This document shows positions 27,976 to 36,434 of a stretch of DNA of 64,000 bases, piece after piece. The position numbers and the translations under genes are program-made. A model generated the notes under the pieces. It saw nothing but the letters and a program-made list of their open reading frames with translations. It ran no database searches and was not told the DNA's origin. Source of the DNA: Candidatus Edwardsbacteria bacterium RifOxyA12_full_54_48 (GTDB lineage Bacteria > Edwardsbacteria > AC1 > EtOH8); contig MFFN01000009.1 in assembly GCA_001777915.1 (NCBI GenBank), positions 2,783 through 66,782 on the forward strand, written 5' to 3'. Position 1 is the stretch's first letter, and each line of letters opens with the position of its first letter.

Positions 27976-29507
27976 AAATAAAATTAAATCTGCTGATAGT
28001 TCCGGCGCTTTGCCTGGCCATCTTTGCGGCCCAGGGGCAGAAGCCCCAACGCTTCGACCGATCAATTTGGCAGAAGGCGGTGGCCTGCCTGAGGGATGGC
28101 AACCGGGAGGCGGCTTTGGAGCAATTCAAGACATCCCTGGCAGACCCGCCCGACCAGGAGATGGTCCGCCAAGCCGGCCGCCTGTTGCAGCAGGCGGAGG
28201 CCGCTACCCAGGCCGAGGCTATCTATCTGTGGGGCCGGAAGGCTCTGAAAGAAAAGGAGCTTTTTGCTTACGAGCTGGGCGAAATATATCAGCAGCAGCT
28301 GAAATACCGGGAGGCGGTGCGGGAGTTTGGCCGGACCCTGAAACAACAGCCGGGAAGGGCCATGGGAAAATTCGAGGAGCTCTCCCTGCAGGCTGGGTAC
28401 AAGGCCGTCTCCCTCCTGGCCGAAAACGAGGTGGCTGTCGAAACGGATGACGGGAGATGGCTGTTGGGAGAGCTTTTCCGCAAGTCAGGCGATCATCAAA
28501 GGGCCTGGCATTATTACAAGAAAATAAAGGAAGAAAAACGCCTGCGAATGGCGGTCGGCCAGCTGGCGGCCCAGCCCGGCCAGGATGTTTCATCGGTCAT
28601 TTCGGTCATTGCCGAATATTTGGAGGGGCAGAGGTCCGATAGCCTCTTTTGGGAGATGAAACTGTCCGGATTATATCTTGCCAAAGGCGATCATCAAAGG
28701 GCCGAAAATATGTTGACCTCATTATCCGGCAAAAAGATACCACAGGCCCAACTGGAACTGGCCAGTCTCTGGCTGCGGCATAAGAACAATCCCCGCCGGG
28801 CCATGGCTCTGATAGACGATCAGAAAAAACACTGGCCCGATTCGTTGAAGATTGAGGGCGAATTCACCTCCGGACTGTGCCTGATGGCCATGGGAGATTG
28901 GGAGCGGGCCGGAGATAAATGGGCCGGGCTGGCTGAGGGGAGATATGATACTAATGTAAAACAGCGGGCCTATTATATGCTGGGTGAAATAAAACTGGCC
29001 CAAAATCAAGCCGATGAGGCCCTGAAATATTACGGACAGGCGGCCCGGGCCGACCCCCAAGGGTCATATACCAACGATGCCCTGGCCAGGATACTATTGA
29101 TTTCCCAGGCCAAAACTGATAAAATCTCTGATGTCGAGTTGCTGGGCCGGGCGATGGCTTTCAAATATCGGGGCGAGCAGGCCCGGGCCGAAATAACCTT
29201 CGCCCAACTGGCCGATTCGGCCTCGGGCACCATGGCCGGGGACCTGGCCCTGACCGAGCTGGCGGAGATGGCCCTCTCCCGGGGCCATTTTGAAAGGGCT
29301 ATCGAACCCTTGAAGAAACTGGCCGAAAGCACTTCGGACACAACGACCGCGGCCAGCGCCTATCACCGGATGGGCCGGATATACTACCACCAGGTCAAGC
29401 AGAAAAAGGCGGCCCTGGAGTGCTGGCGGGCCGGGATCATGAAATATCCCAACACCTCGTGGGCCGAGATGATGCGCCAAGAGATGGAATCCGGGCAGGT
29501 TCAATAG
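27972..29507 (+). CDS. Tetratricopeptide-repeat protein with a signal peptide
   Basis: ATGA overlap with the previous gene; repeated A/Y/L TPR-like helices (e.g. AEAIYLWGRKAL, QRAYYMLGEIKLAQNQADEALKYYGQA). Confidence 0.6.
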   Translation: MKIKLNLLIVPALCLAIFAAQGQKPQRFDRSIWQKAVACLRDGNREAALEQFKTSLADPPDQEMVRQAGRLLQQAEAATQAEAIYLWGRKALKEKELFAYELGEIYQQQLKYREAVREFGRTLKQQPGRAMGKFEELSLQAGYKAVSLLAENEVAVETDDGRWLLGELFRKSGDHQRAWHYYKKIKEEKRLRMAVGQLAAQPGQDVSSVISVIAEYLEGQRSDSLFWEMKLSGLYLAKGDHQRAENMLTSLSGKKIPQAQLELASLWLRHKNNPRRAMALIDDQKKHWPDSLKIEGEFTSGLCLMAMGDWERAGDKWAGLAEGRYDTNVKQRAYYMLGEIKLAQNQADEALKYYGQAARADPQGSYTNDALARILLISQAKTDKISDVELLGRAMAFKYRGEQARAEITFAQLADSASGTMAGDLALTELAEMALSRGHFERAIEPLKKLAESTSDTTTAASAYHRMGRIYYHQVKQKKAALECWRAGIMKYPNTSWAEMMRQEMESGQVQ

Positions 29508-29543
29508 AAAAACAGATCAATCATAAAATATCAGGAGGCAACC

Positions 29544-30143
29544 ATGAGTTTAGTACCGATAGTGATCGAGCAGAGCGGCAGGGGGGAGCGGGCCTACGAC
29601 ATATATTCCCGGCTGTTGAAGGAGCGGATAATCTTCATCGGGACCCCGCTGGATGATATCGTTTCCAACCTGATCATAGCCCAGCTGCTGTTTCTGGAGG
29701 CCGACGACCCCGAGAAGGACATCTTTCTCTACATCAACTCGCCGGGCGGCGGGGTCTCCTCGGGGCTGGCCATCTACGACACCATCCAGTACATCAAGCC
29801 GGACGTGGTGACCATCTGCATGGGCATGGCCGCCTCCATGGGGGCCCTGCTGCTGTCCAGCGGCGCCAAGGGAAAGCGCTTCGCCCTGCCCAACGCCCGG
29901 GTGATGATCCACCAGCCGCTGGGCGGAGTGTCGGGCCAGGCGGCCGACATCGAGATCCACGCCAAGGAGATCCTGCTGATCCGGGAACAGCTGAACCGGA
30001 TCCTGGCCGACCATACCGGCCAGCCGGTGGACAAGATATCCAAGGACACCGACCGGAACTTCTGGATGTCCTCCGATGAGGCCCGGGAATACGGGATCAT
30101 AGACGATATCATGAAGACCAGGAACCAGCTGCCCAAAAAGTAA
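29544..30143 (+). CDS. clpP: ATP-dependent Clp protease proteolytic subunit
   Basis: [19 protein letters not shown]...[17 protein letters not shown]...[11 protein letters not shown]...MIHQPLGG (Ser-His-Asp context). Confidence 0.96.
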   Translation: MSLVPIVIEQSGRGERAYDIYSRLLKERIIFIGTPLDDIVSNLIIAQLLFLEADDPEKDIFLYINSPGGGVSSGLAIYDTIQYIKPDVVTICMGMAASMGALLLSSGAKGKRFALPNARVMIHQPLGGVSGQAADIEIHAKEILLIREQLNRILADHTGQPVDKISKDTDRNFWMSSDEAREYGIIDDIMKTRNQLPKK

Positions 30144-30149
30144 AATTAT

Positions 30150-30179
30150 TTGACTTTTCAATTATATATCTGATATAAT
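30150..30179 (+). promoter_or_regulatory. Sigma-70-type promoter for tRNA-Phe
   Basis: TTGACT, an 18-nt spacer, then TATAAT with an upstream TG; it lies 22 nt before the tRNA 5' end. Confidence 0.5.
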
Positions 30180-30201
30180 TACTTTCTTTGAAAAAGTCTA
30201 A

Positions 30202-30277
30202 GCCACGGTAGCTCAGGTGGTAGAGCAGGGGACTGAAAATCCCCGTGTCGGCAGTTCAACTCTGTCCCGTGGCACCA
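30202..30277 (+). tRNA. tRNA-Phe (anticodon GAA) with encoded CCA
   Basis: Acceptor stem GCCACGG/CCGTGGC, D-arm AGCTCAGGTGGTAGAGC, anticodon stem-loop GGGGA-CTGAAAA-TCCCC, T-arm GGCAGTTCAACTCTGTC, then ACCA. Confidence 0.93.
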
Positions 30278-30283
30278 TAATAA

Positions 30284-30309
30284 AGCCGGGCGTGAAGCCC
30301 GGTTTTTCT
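30284..30309 (+). terminator. Intrinsic terminator after tRNA-Phe
   Basis: GCCGGG-CGTGAA-GCCCGGT hairpin followed by TTTTTCTTTT. Confidence 0.65.
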
Positions 30310-30312
30310 TTT

Positions 30313-30577
30313 AGGATTCAGATGGTTATAAGTTGTGCTTTTCGGCAGTTCTCAGCCGGCAGCAAGGATATACCTCGAAACGACGGCTGATCGTCCGACG
30401 CCATAGGCGCCACTATGAATTGTCGGCTTTGGCCGACGGTGTCCGCCGCCGGATGGCAGGACAGGAATGCTGCTGGCGGAAACTCTGTCCCGAGCCTGTC
30501 CGCCCTACCCCGCTGTTGGCGGGGGCAGGAGGAGCACCAGATAGAGCCGGGAATAATATCCCGGCTCTATCTTTTTT
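30313..30577 (+). ncRNA. Candidate GC-rich structured RNA of unknown class, or decayed gene remnant
   Basis: A 265-nt unit between two terminators with several local hairpins (GTCGGC-TTT-GGCCGAC, CCCCGC-TGTT-GGCGGGG). The only ORF across it reads through the terminator. Confidence 0.2.
30539..30577 (+). terminator. Strong intrinsic terminator
   Basis: AGATAGAGCCGGG-AATAATAT-CCCGGCTCTATCT (13-bp perfect stem) followed by TTTTT. Confidence 0.8.
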
Positions 30578-30680
30578 GGCAATAAACGGCCTATGTTGTT
30601 CTGCCAACAAAAGCGCCAACAGGAAAATATTTTACGCCACATCGCGGCCCGTAAAATATATAATTTTTTACCCTTTTAGA

Positions 30681-30709
30681 TTGACAGAGCAGGCCCATAA
30701 TAGTATAAT
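30681..30709 (+). promoter_or_regulatory. Consensus sigma-70 promoter for the downstream outer-membrane-like gene
   Basis: TTGACA, a 17-nt spacer, then TATAAT; 62 nt upstream of the ATG at 30771. Confidence 0.6.
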
Positions 30710-30770
30710 TTTAAAGGTTAGGCAGACACTCTGTAATCTATAAAACAGCAACAATTTAAGGAGAAACAAA

Positions 30771-32087
30771 ATGGCAAAAAGGATCTCGGCTCTCTTGGCG
30801 GTTTTAATGATTATTTCGGCATCTTTTGTCCTGGCCCAGACCGAGGAACCGGCCGACCAGCCGGCTGCCACCGGCGATTTCGCCGCACAGATGATGGGTG
30901 GGCTGGGAGTGGTGATGATAGACGGTGACATGTACTATAGGGTCCAGCTGGTTCCGGAGCTGTCGTTCTCCAAGATCGGCCTGGGCCTGGATGTGGACCT
31001 GCTGTTCAACAACGACGGCATCCGCAAGGAGGACTGGAACCCCAAGAGCCGCTGGGTGCGGATCATCCGTTATGCCCGCTGGGGGCAGAAGCGTGACGTA
31101 TTTTATGTCCGGCTGGGGGCGCTGGACGCCGCCACTTTGGGACACGGCTCCATCATGTACCGTTACGGCAACCAGGTCAACGATGCCGACCGCAAGATAG
31201 GCATGGAACTGGACCTGGACTTCGGCATGGCCGGGTTCGAATCGGTGGTGTCCAACTTCGGGCGGGCCGAGATCTACGGCGGCCGGGGCTACGTCCGGCC
31301 GCTTAAATCCACCGGGATACCGATCATCAAGAATTTCGAGGTTGGTGCAACGGTGGTAAGCGACCTGGATCCCGACCAGAATTCCGGAGTAGATGACAAG
31401 GTAACTGTCTTCGGGGCCGATCTGGGCCTGCCGATCATCAATACCAAACTGCTTTATACCCAGCTGTATTACGACTTTGCCAAGATAAAAAACTATGGCT
31501 CCGGCAATGTAGTGGGCATTTCGGCCGACCTTAAATTCCCCGGAGAGATCCTGACCTTGTCGTCAAAACTGGAACAGAGATTTTTGGGTGCAGAATATCT
31601 GCCCCAGTATTTCGATCGCTTTTATGAGGTGGAACGCTATCAGTTTGGGGCCTTACCACCAAGGAAAGTATTACTGCTGAATTACCTGACCGAGTCCCGC
31701 AACGGGACCTACGGAGAGCTGGCGGCCACCCTGGTGGGCAGGCTGACCATACTGGGAAGCTACCAGGCCATTCACAAGGTGCCCTACAGCGGAATGCTGC
31801 ATTTCGGCACCGACCTGTCGAAATTGATCCCCAACAACAAGATGGAGATCCGGGCGGCCTACGACCAGAAGGGCATCAACGGGGCCAAGGACCTGTTCAC
31901 CAACAACGAGAACACCCTGGTGACGGTGGAGGGAGGCTATCAGGTGTATTCCCATGTGATGCTGTACCTGACCTACCTGAAGACCTACGAAAAAATCACC
32001 AAGGATGATGATGGAAACACCATTCCGGCCTATTACAAGTCGGTGGAGAAATTCTCCCCCCGGCTGGCGGTCAAGTTCAGCTTCTAA
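30771..32087 (+). CDS. Putative outer-membrane beta-barrel protein
   Basis: Signal peptide MAKRISALLAVLMIISASFVLAQ, alternating amphipathic beta-like segments rich in G/Y/D, and a C-terminal ...RLAVKFSF with terminal Phe. Family not recognised. Confidence 0.5.
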   Translation: MAKRISALLAVLMIISASFVLAQTEEPADQPAATGDFAAQMMGGLGVVMIDGDMYYRVQLVPELSFSKIGLGLDVDLLFNNDGIRKEDWNPKSRWVRIIRYARWGQKRDVFYVRLGALDAATLGHGSIMYRYGNQVNDADRKIGMELDLDFGMAGFESVVSNFGRAEIYGGRGYVRPLKSTGIPIIKNFEVGATVVSDLDPDQNSGVDDKVTVFGADLGLPIINTKLLYTQLYYDFAKIKNYGSGNVVGISADLKFPGEILTLSSKLEQRFLGAEYLPQYFDRFYEVERYQFGALPPRKVLLLNYLTESRNGTYGELAATLVGRLTILGSYQAIHKVPYSGMLHFGTDLSKLIPNNKMEIRAAYDQKGINGAKDLFTNNENTLVTVEGGYQVYSHVMLYLTYLKTYEKITKDDDGNTIPAYYKSVEKFSPRLAVKFSF

Positions 32088-32120
32088 ATTCAGGGCCAGC
32101 GGTCATCGTCTTCCATAAAG

Positions 32121-32858
32121 ATGAATGCCATGCACCGGCATATAAGTTCTTTTTTCGGCAGTCTGGCGGATTTCGTCTTTCCTCCCTTTTGCAGTCACTG
32201 TCACCGGAGGACCTCGGAAGGGCTGGCGGGCGGGATCTGCCGGGGCTGCTGGTCCTTGGTCAAAAAATGGCAGGACGGGCAGTGCCAGCGCTGCGGCCAG
32301 CCGGTGGCGGAAGCTGGATCCCTATGCCGGCATTGTCTGATCCCCGAATGGGGCTGCAGCGATATCAAGACCATCGGGCCTTTTGAGGCCCCGCTGTCCG
32401 AGGCCGTTCATATGCTCAAATATTCGGATGCCAAAAGCGTGTCCCGCCGGCTGGGGGCCATGATGGCCGAGCGTATTGTTTCGGACCAAAGGTATAATAA
32501 AGCGGATTTGGTGCTGGCCGTGCCGCTCCATATAGCTCGGAAAAGGGAGCGGGGATACAACCAGGCCCAGCTTCTGGCCGAACAGCTGGGAAAGTCCCTG
32601 GGCGTACCCTCTCCGGAAGGCCTGCTAACCAGGGCCCGGCACACCAGAACCCAGACCACCCTGAACAGGGAACAAAGGCTCAGGAACGTTAAAGGAATAT
32701 TTGCTGTGCATAATCCAGACAGAATCAAGGGCAGATCAATAATACTAGTTGACGACGTGTTGACCACCGGGGCCACCATAGGCTCCTGTGGTCAATCTCT
32801 TTTTTCGGCCGGGGCCCGGGAGGTGCTGGCCCTGACGGCGGCCGCCGCCCCGCTGTGA
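32121..32858 (+). CDS. comF: ComF-family phosphoribosyltransferase-fold protein
   Basis: N-terminal CxxC...CxxC zinc finger and the C-terminal PRPP-binding motif SIILVDDVLTTGATI. Confidence 0.8.
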   Translation: MNAMHRHISSFFGSLADFVFPPFCSHCHRRTSEGLAGGICRGCWSLVKKWQDGQCQRCGQPVAEAGSLCRHCLIPEWGCSDIKTIGPFEAPLSEAVHMLKYSDAKSVSRRLGAMMAERIVSDQRYNKADLVLAVPLHIARKRERGYNQAQLLAEQLGKSLGVPSPEGLLTRARHTRTQTTLNREQRLRNVKGIFAVHNPDRIKGRSIILVDDVLTTGATIGSCGQSLFSAGAREVLALTAAAAPL

Positions 32859-33031
32859 TCGCCTTTTAATGGGACGCGGATCTGCAGGGATTTTTAATTC
32901 AAAGGGTTCTCTTTGTAATTCCCTCACTTCATTGCCTTCAGTGTAAACCCCGAGCCAGCAGGACTTGCTTGCCTTACTCAGGGCAGGCTTCCAGCGGGAA
33001 TCCGGGCCGGTAACTAAAAGCCCGATTTCGG

Positions 33032-33060
33032 TTGACATGCCCGAAGGGTAGTGATAAACT
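33032..33060 (+). promoter_or_regulatory. Sigma-70-type promoter upstream of the PPi-PFK gene
   Basis: TTGACA, a 17-nt spacer, then TAAACT with an upstream TG. Confidence 0.4.
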
Positions 33061-33089
33061 AAATTTTGACAGTTGATAAGGGATCTTGT

Positions 33090-35177
33090 ATGAAAGAAAT
33101 TTCCATCCTGCAGAAACACCGGTCCAACTACCAGCCCAAACTGCCTCCGGTTTTCATCCAAAAAGAAACATCGGTCGAAGTCCGGGAGGGGGAGCAAGCG
33201 GAGCCGCAGTCCGACCAGAAAGCCGTCAACGAAAGATTTCCCAGGACCTACGGGCTTCCATTACTGACCTTTGAGACCACCGAGAAGGCCGAACTTCCGG
33301 CCATCAATGTGGGGGTGGTGCTTTCCGGGGGGCAGTCTCCCGGCGGGCATAATGTCATCGCCGGGCTGTTCGACGCTATAAAGCAATTCAACCATAAGAG
33401 CCAGCTCTACGGCTTTCTGGAGGGTCCCAGCGGGCTGATAGATAATAAGCAGCTGCTGCTGACCGAAGAGATCGTAGACCAGTACCGCAATACCGGGGGT
33501 TTCGACATCATCGGCTCGGGACGTACCAAACTGGAGAAGGAGGCGCAATTCGACCAGGCGGCCGCCACCTGCCGTTCGGCCGGGATCGGAGCCATAGTGA
33601 TCATCGGCGGCGACGACTCCAACACCAACGCCGCCATGCTGGCGGAGTATTTTCTGCAGAAGGACATCGATATAAAGGTGATCGGCTGCCCCAAGACCAT
33701 CGACGGCGACCTGAAGAATAAGCAGGTCGAGATCTCCTTCGGATTCGACACCGCCACCAAGGTCTACTGCGAACTGCTGGGCAACATCCAGCGGGACGAT
33801 CAGTCGGCCAAGAAATACTGGCACTTTATCCGGGTGATGGGCCGGGCGGCCTCGCATATCGCCCTGGAATGCGCCCTGCAGTGCCATCCCAACATCACCA
33901 TCATCTCCGAGGAGGTGGCCGACCAGGGTCGGCGGCTTAAGGAGATCGTGGAATACATCGCCGGGGTGGTCCGGGACCGCTCCCTGAACGGCATGGATTA
34001 CGGGGTGGTGGTCATCCCCGAGGGGCTGATAGAGTTCATCCCGGAGATCAAAAAGCTGATAGCCGAGCTCAACGACCTGATGGCCGAGCACAAGGACTAT
34101 TTCAACGGCCTGACCACCCCGGAGGACAAGCACCAGTTCATCAACAAGAACCTGACCGCCCAGTCGGCCCAGGCTTTCGCTTCGATCCCCCAGGAGATCC
34201 AGTGGCAATTATTGGAGGATCGCGACCCCCACGGCAACGTCCAGGTGTCCCGGATCGAGACCGAAAAACTGCTGATCGACATGGTGGGAGACCTGCTGAG
34301 GGAATGGAGGGCCGAGGGAAAATTCTCCGGCAAGTTCAGCCCCCAGAACCATTTCTTCGGCTACGAGGGGCGGTGCTCCGCGCCCTCCAATTTCGACGCC
34401 GACTACAGCTACAGTCTGGGCTATGCCGCGGCGGCCCTGGTGGCCTGCGGCAAGACCGGCTATATGGCTCAGATCGCCAATCTGGCCGAGCCTCCGGGCA
34501 ACTGGGTGGCGGGCGGCATTCCCCTGACCATGATAATGAATCTGGAGCGGCGGCAGGGCAGGGATGTTCCGGTGATCAGGAAGGCCCTGGTGAACCTGAA
34601 CGGCGGACCGTTCAAGGAATTCGCCCGGCAGCGGGATGGCTGGGCCAAGGGCAACGACTACATCTATCCCGGGCCGATCCAGTATTTCGGGCCGGCCGAG
34701 GTCTGCGACCGCAGTACCATGACCCTGGCGCTGGAGCAGGGCGAGGACATTCTGAATATTCTGCAGGGCCTGGATGTCCTGCGGGACTCAGATGTCTTTT
34801 CCGAGCTGGGGCCGGAGGCCATCATCCGTCTGTTAAGCCTGGTGCAAAGGCTGTACATCAAACCCGGACAGATGGTCATCCGCCGGGGCGAGCTGGGGCA
34901 GTGCTTCTACATCGTGATGGATGGCGAGCTGGAGGTGATGGGCAAGGACGACAAGACCCCGGTGGCCACCCTCAAGAAGGGCGACCCCTTCGGGGAGATC
35001 GCCCTGCTGACCGACGTGCCCCGGACCGCCAACGTGGTGGCCAGGACCGACGGCAGCGTGCTGTTTTTGGATTCCTACAGTTTCAAGGATTTTCTGGCCG
35101 AGTTCGGCAATCTGGGAGACAGACTGGAGAAGCTGGGTGCGGAGAGGCTGAAGGAGCTGGAGGGGAAGGGGAACTGA
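33090..35177 (+). CDS. pfp: Pyrophosphate-dependent 6-phosphofructokinase fused to a C-terminal cyclic-nucleotide-binding domain
   Basis: LSGGQSPGGHNVI, IIGGDDSNTNAA, GCPKTIDGDL and VMGRAASHIALE are long PPi-PFK hallmarks. Residues encoded from ~34750 form a CAP-type cNMP domain (GELGQCFYIVMDGELEV...GDPFGEIALLTDVPRTANVVA). Confidence 0.85.
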   Translation: MKEISILQKHRSNYQPKLPPVFIQKETSVEVREGEQAEPQSDQKAVNERFPRTYGLPLLTFETTEKAELPAINVGVVLSGGQSPGGHNVIAGLFDAIKQFNHKSQLYGFLEGPSGLIDNKQLLLTEEIVDQYRNTGGFDIIGSGRTKLEKEAQFDQAAATCRSAGIGAIVIIGGDDSNTNAAMLAEYFLQKDIDIKVIGCPKTIDGDLKNKQVEISFGFDTATKVYCELLGNIQRDDQSAKKYWHFIRVMGRAASHIALECALQCHPNITIISEEVADQGRRLKEIVEYIAGVVRDRSLNGMDYGVVVIPEGLIEFIPEIKKLIAELNDLMAEHKDYFNGLTTPEDKHQFINKNLTAQSAQAFASIPQEIQWQLLEDRDPHGNVQVSRIETEKLLIDMVGDLLREWRAEGKFSGKFSPQNHFFGYEGRCSAPSNFDADYSYSLGYAAAALVACGKTGYMAQIANLAEPPGNWVAGGIPLTMIMNLERRQGRDVPVIRKALVNLNGGPFKEFARQRDGWAKGNDYIYPGPIQYFGPAEVCDRSTMTLALEQGEDILNILQGLDVLRDSDVFSELGPEAIIRLLSLVQRLYIKPGQMVIRRGELGQCFYIVMDGELEVMGKDDKTPVATLKKGDPFGEIALLTDVPRTANVVARTDGSVLFLDSYSFKDFLAEFGNLGDRLEKLGAERLKELEGKGN

Positions 35178-35186
35178 GCTAAACCA

Positions 35187-35239
35187 AACTCAACCCCTAC
35201 CCCCTTCTCTTGCGAAGAGAAGGGGTCGGGGTATGAGTT
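35187..35239. repeat. Palindromic element, family 2 (AACCCC..CCCTTCTC / GAGAAGGGG..GGGGT type)
   Basis: AACTCAACCCCTACCCCCTTCTCTT-GCGA-AGAGAAGGGGTCGGGGTATGAGTT is a near-perfect palindrome. Confidence 0.65.
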
Positions 35240-35289
35240 CAAAGCTGAAAGCTATAATCCTTAATCTTTAATCCATTCGGGAGGACATC

Positions 35290-36210
35290 ATGCCACTAGT
35301 CGGAACCCGCGAGATGTTCAAAAAGGCCTATGACGGCGGCTACGCCATCGGGGCCTTCAACGTCAACAACATGGAATTATTGCAGGCCATCGTCGATGCC
35401 GGCACCGAGGAGCGGGCACCCCTGATCCTGCAGGTGTCGGCCGGGGCCCGCAAATACGCCCGGCAGGAATACCTGATCCACCTGGTACAGGCGGCCATGG
35501 AGACCACCGACATTCCGGTGGCCCTGCACCTGGACCACGGCGACAGCTTCGAGCTGTGCCAGGCCTGCGTGGACGGGGGATTCTCCTCAGTGATGATCGA
35601 CGCCTCGCATTTCCCCTTCGAGGAAAACGTGGCCCTCACCAAAAAAGTGGTGGACTATGCCCACGCCAAGGGGGTGCCGGTGGAGGCCGAGCTGGGCAAG
35701 CTGACCTCCACCTCCGACGAGCCGGGGGCCCGGGAGGCGGTGTACACCGACCCGGACGAGGTGGTCGAATTTGTCAAACAGACCGGATGCGATTCGCTGG
35801 CCATATCCATCGGGACCTCCCACGGGGCCTACAAATTCAAGGGCGAGGCCACCCTGGACTTCCCGCGCTTAGAAAAGATCCAAAACCTGCTGCCGGGATA
35901 TCCCATCGTGCTGCACGGGGCCTCTTCGGTTCCGGCCGAGCTGGTGGATATCTGCAACAAATACGGCGGCAAACTGCCGGGCACCCGCGGGGTGCCGGAA
36001 GAATTCCTGGCCCGGGCCGCCAAGATGGCGGTCTGCAAGATCAATGTGGACACCGACCTGCGGATCGCCATGACCGGTGCCATCCGCCAGGTCTTTGCCG
36101 AGAGCCCTTCGGAGTTCGATCCCCGCAAATACCTGGGCCCGGCCCGGGAGGCGGTCAAGCAGGTGGTCAAGGGCAAGGTCAAGCTGTTCGGCTGTGCCGG
36201 GAAGGCATAA
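35290..36210 (+). CDS. fba: Class II fructose-1,6-bisphosphate aldolase
   Basis: YAIGAFNVNNMELLQAIVDAG...PVALHLDHG...VMIDASH...HGASSVP. Confidence 0.88.
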   Translation: MPLVGTREMFKKAYDGGYAIGAFNVNNMELLQAIVDAGTEERAPLILQVSAGARKYARQEYLIHLVQAAMETTDIPVALHLDHGDSFELCQACVDGGFSSVMIDASHFPFEENVALTKKVVDYAHAKGVPVEAELGKLTSTSDEPGAREAVYTDPDEVVEFVKQTGCDSLAISIGTSHGAYKFKGEATLDFPRLEKIQNLLPGYPIVLHGASSVPAELVDICNKYGGKLPGTRGVPEEFLARAAKMAVCKINVDTDLRIAMTGAIRQVFAESPSEFDPRKYLGPAREAVKQVVKGKVKLFGCAGKA

Positions 36211-36225
36211 GCATAAAGTTATTAT

Positions 36226-36304
36226 CATGCCATTCCCGCATAAAGTGCGGAATAAATTTCGAATGGCATCCAGGGCTGGATTCCCTCGTTTGAGGGAATG
36301 ACAG
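36226..36304. repeat. REP-like double-hairpin element, family 1
   Basis: TCATGCCATTCCCGCATAAAGTGCGGAA...GGATTCCCTC-GTTT-GAGGGAATGACA. Confidence 0.6.
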
Positions 36305-36434
36305 ATTAAAGCATTGGTTGTCTGAAAATGCAAAAATCATAATAATCATGTAAGGAGGAATGATATTGGGCGACAATTAACGTCCTTTTAGACTATCTGA
36401 ATCAACCAGTAAACTAAAAAGGAGCGTGAACATC

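Noticed and set aside
30313-30577. Known RNA classes (cobalamin riboswitch, SRP RNA, RNase P RNA, tmRNA, 6S RNA) for the GC-rich spacer
   Set aside because: I could not find the diagnostic motifs: no GGAAAGUCC-type P4 sequence, no GGAA/AGCA SRP domain IV pattern, no tRNA-like end or tag ORF, and no B12 box context. The downstream gene also has its own promoter after a terminator. It is kept only as an unclassified candidate.
30333-30743. 136-aa ORF downstream of tRNA-Phe
   Set aside because: It reads straight through a 13-bp-stem intrinsic terminator and the consensus promoter of the next gene. It has an Arg/Ala/Gly-rich junk-like composition and no RBS.
33261-34208. Long antisense or alternative-frame ORFs inside strongly supported genes (also 129-644, 7670-8431, 26754-27800, 36696-37706, 38303-39346, 42912-44147, 47277-48248, 54251-55201, 56250-57146)
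   Set aside because: These are typical of GC-rich DNA, with Arg/Gly/Pro/Leu- or Ser/Cys-rich low-complexity translations. They fully overlap genes with unambiguous family motifs, have no RBS and show no recognisable domains.
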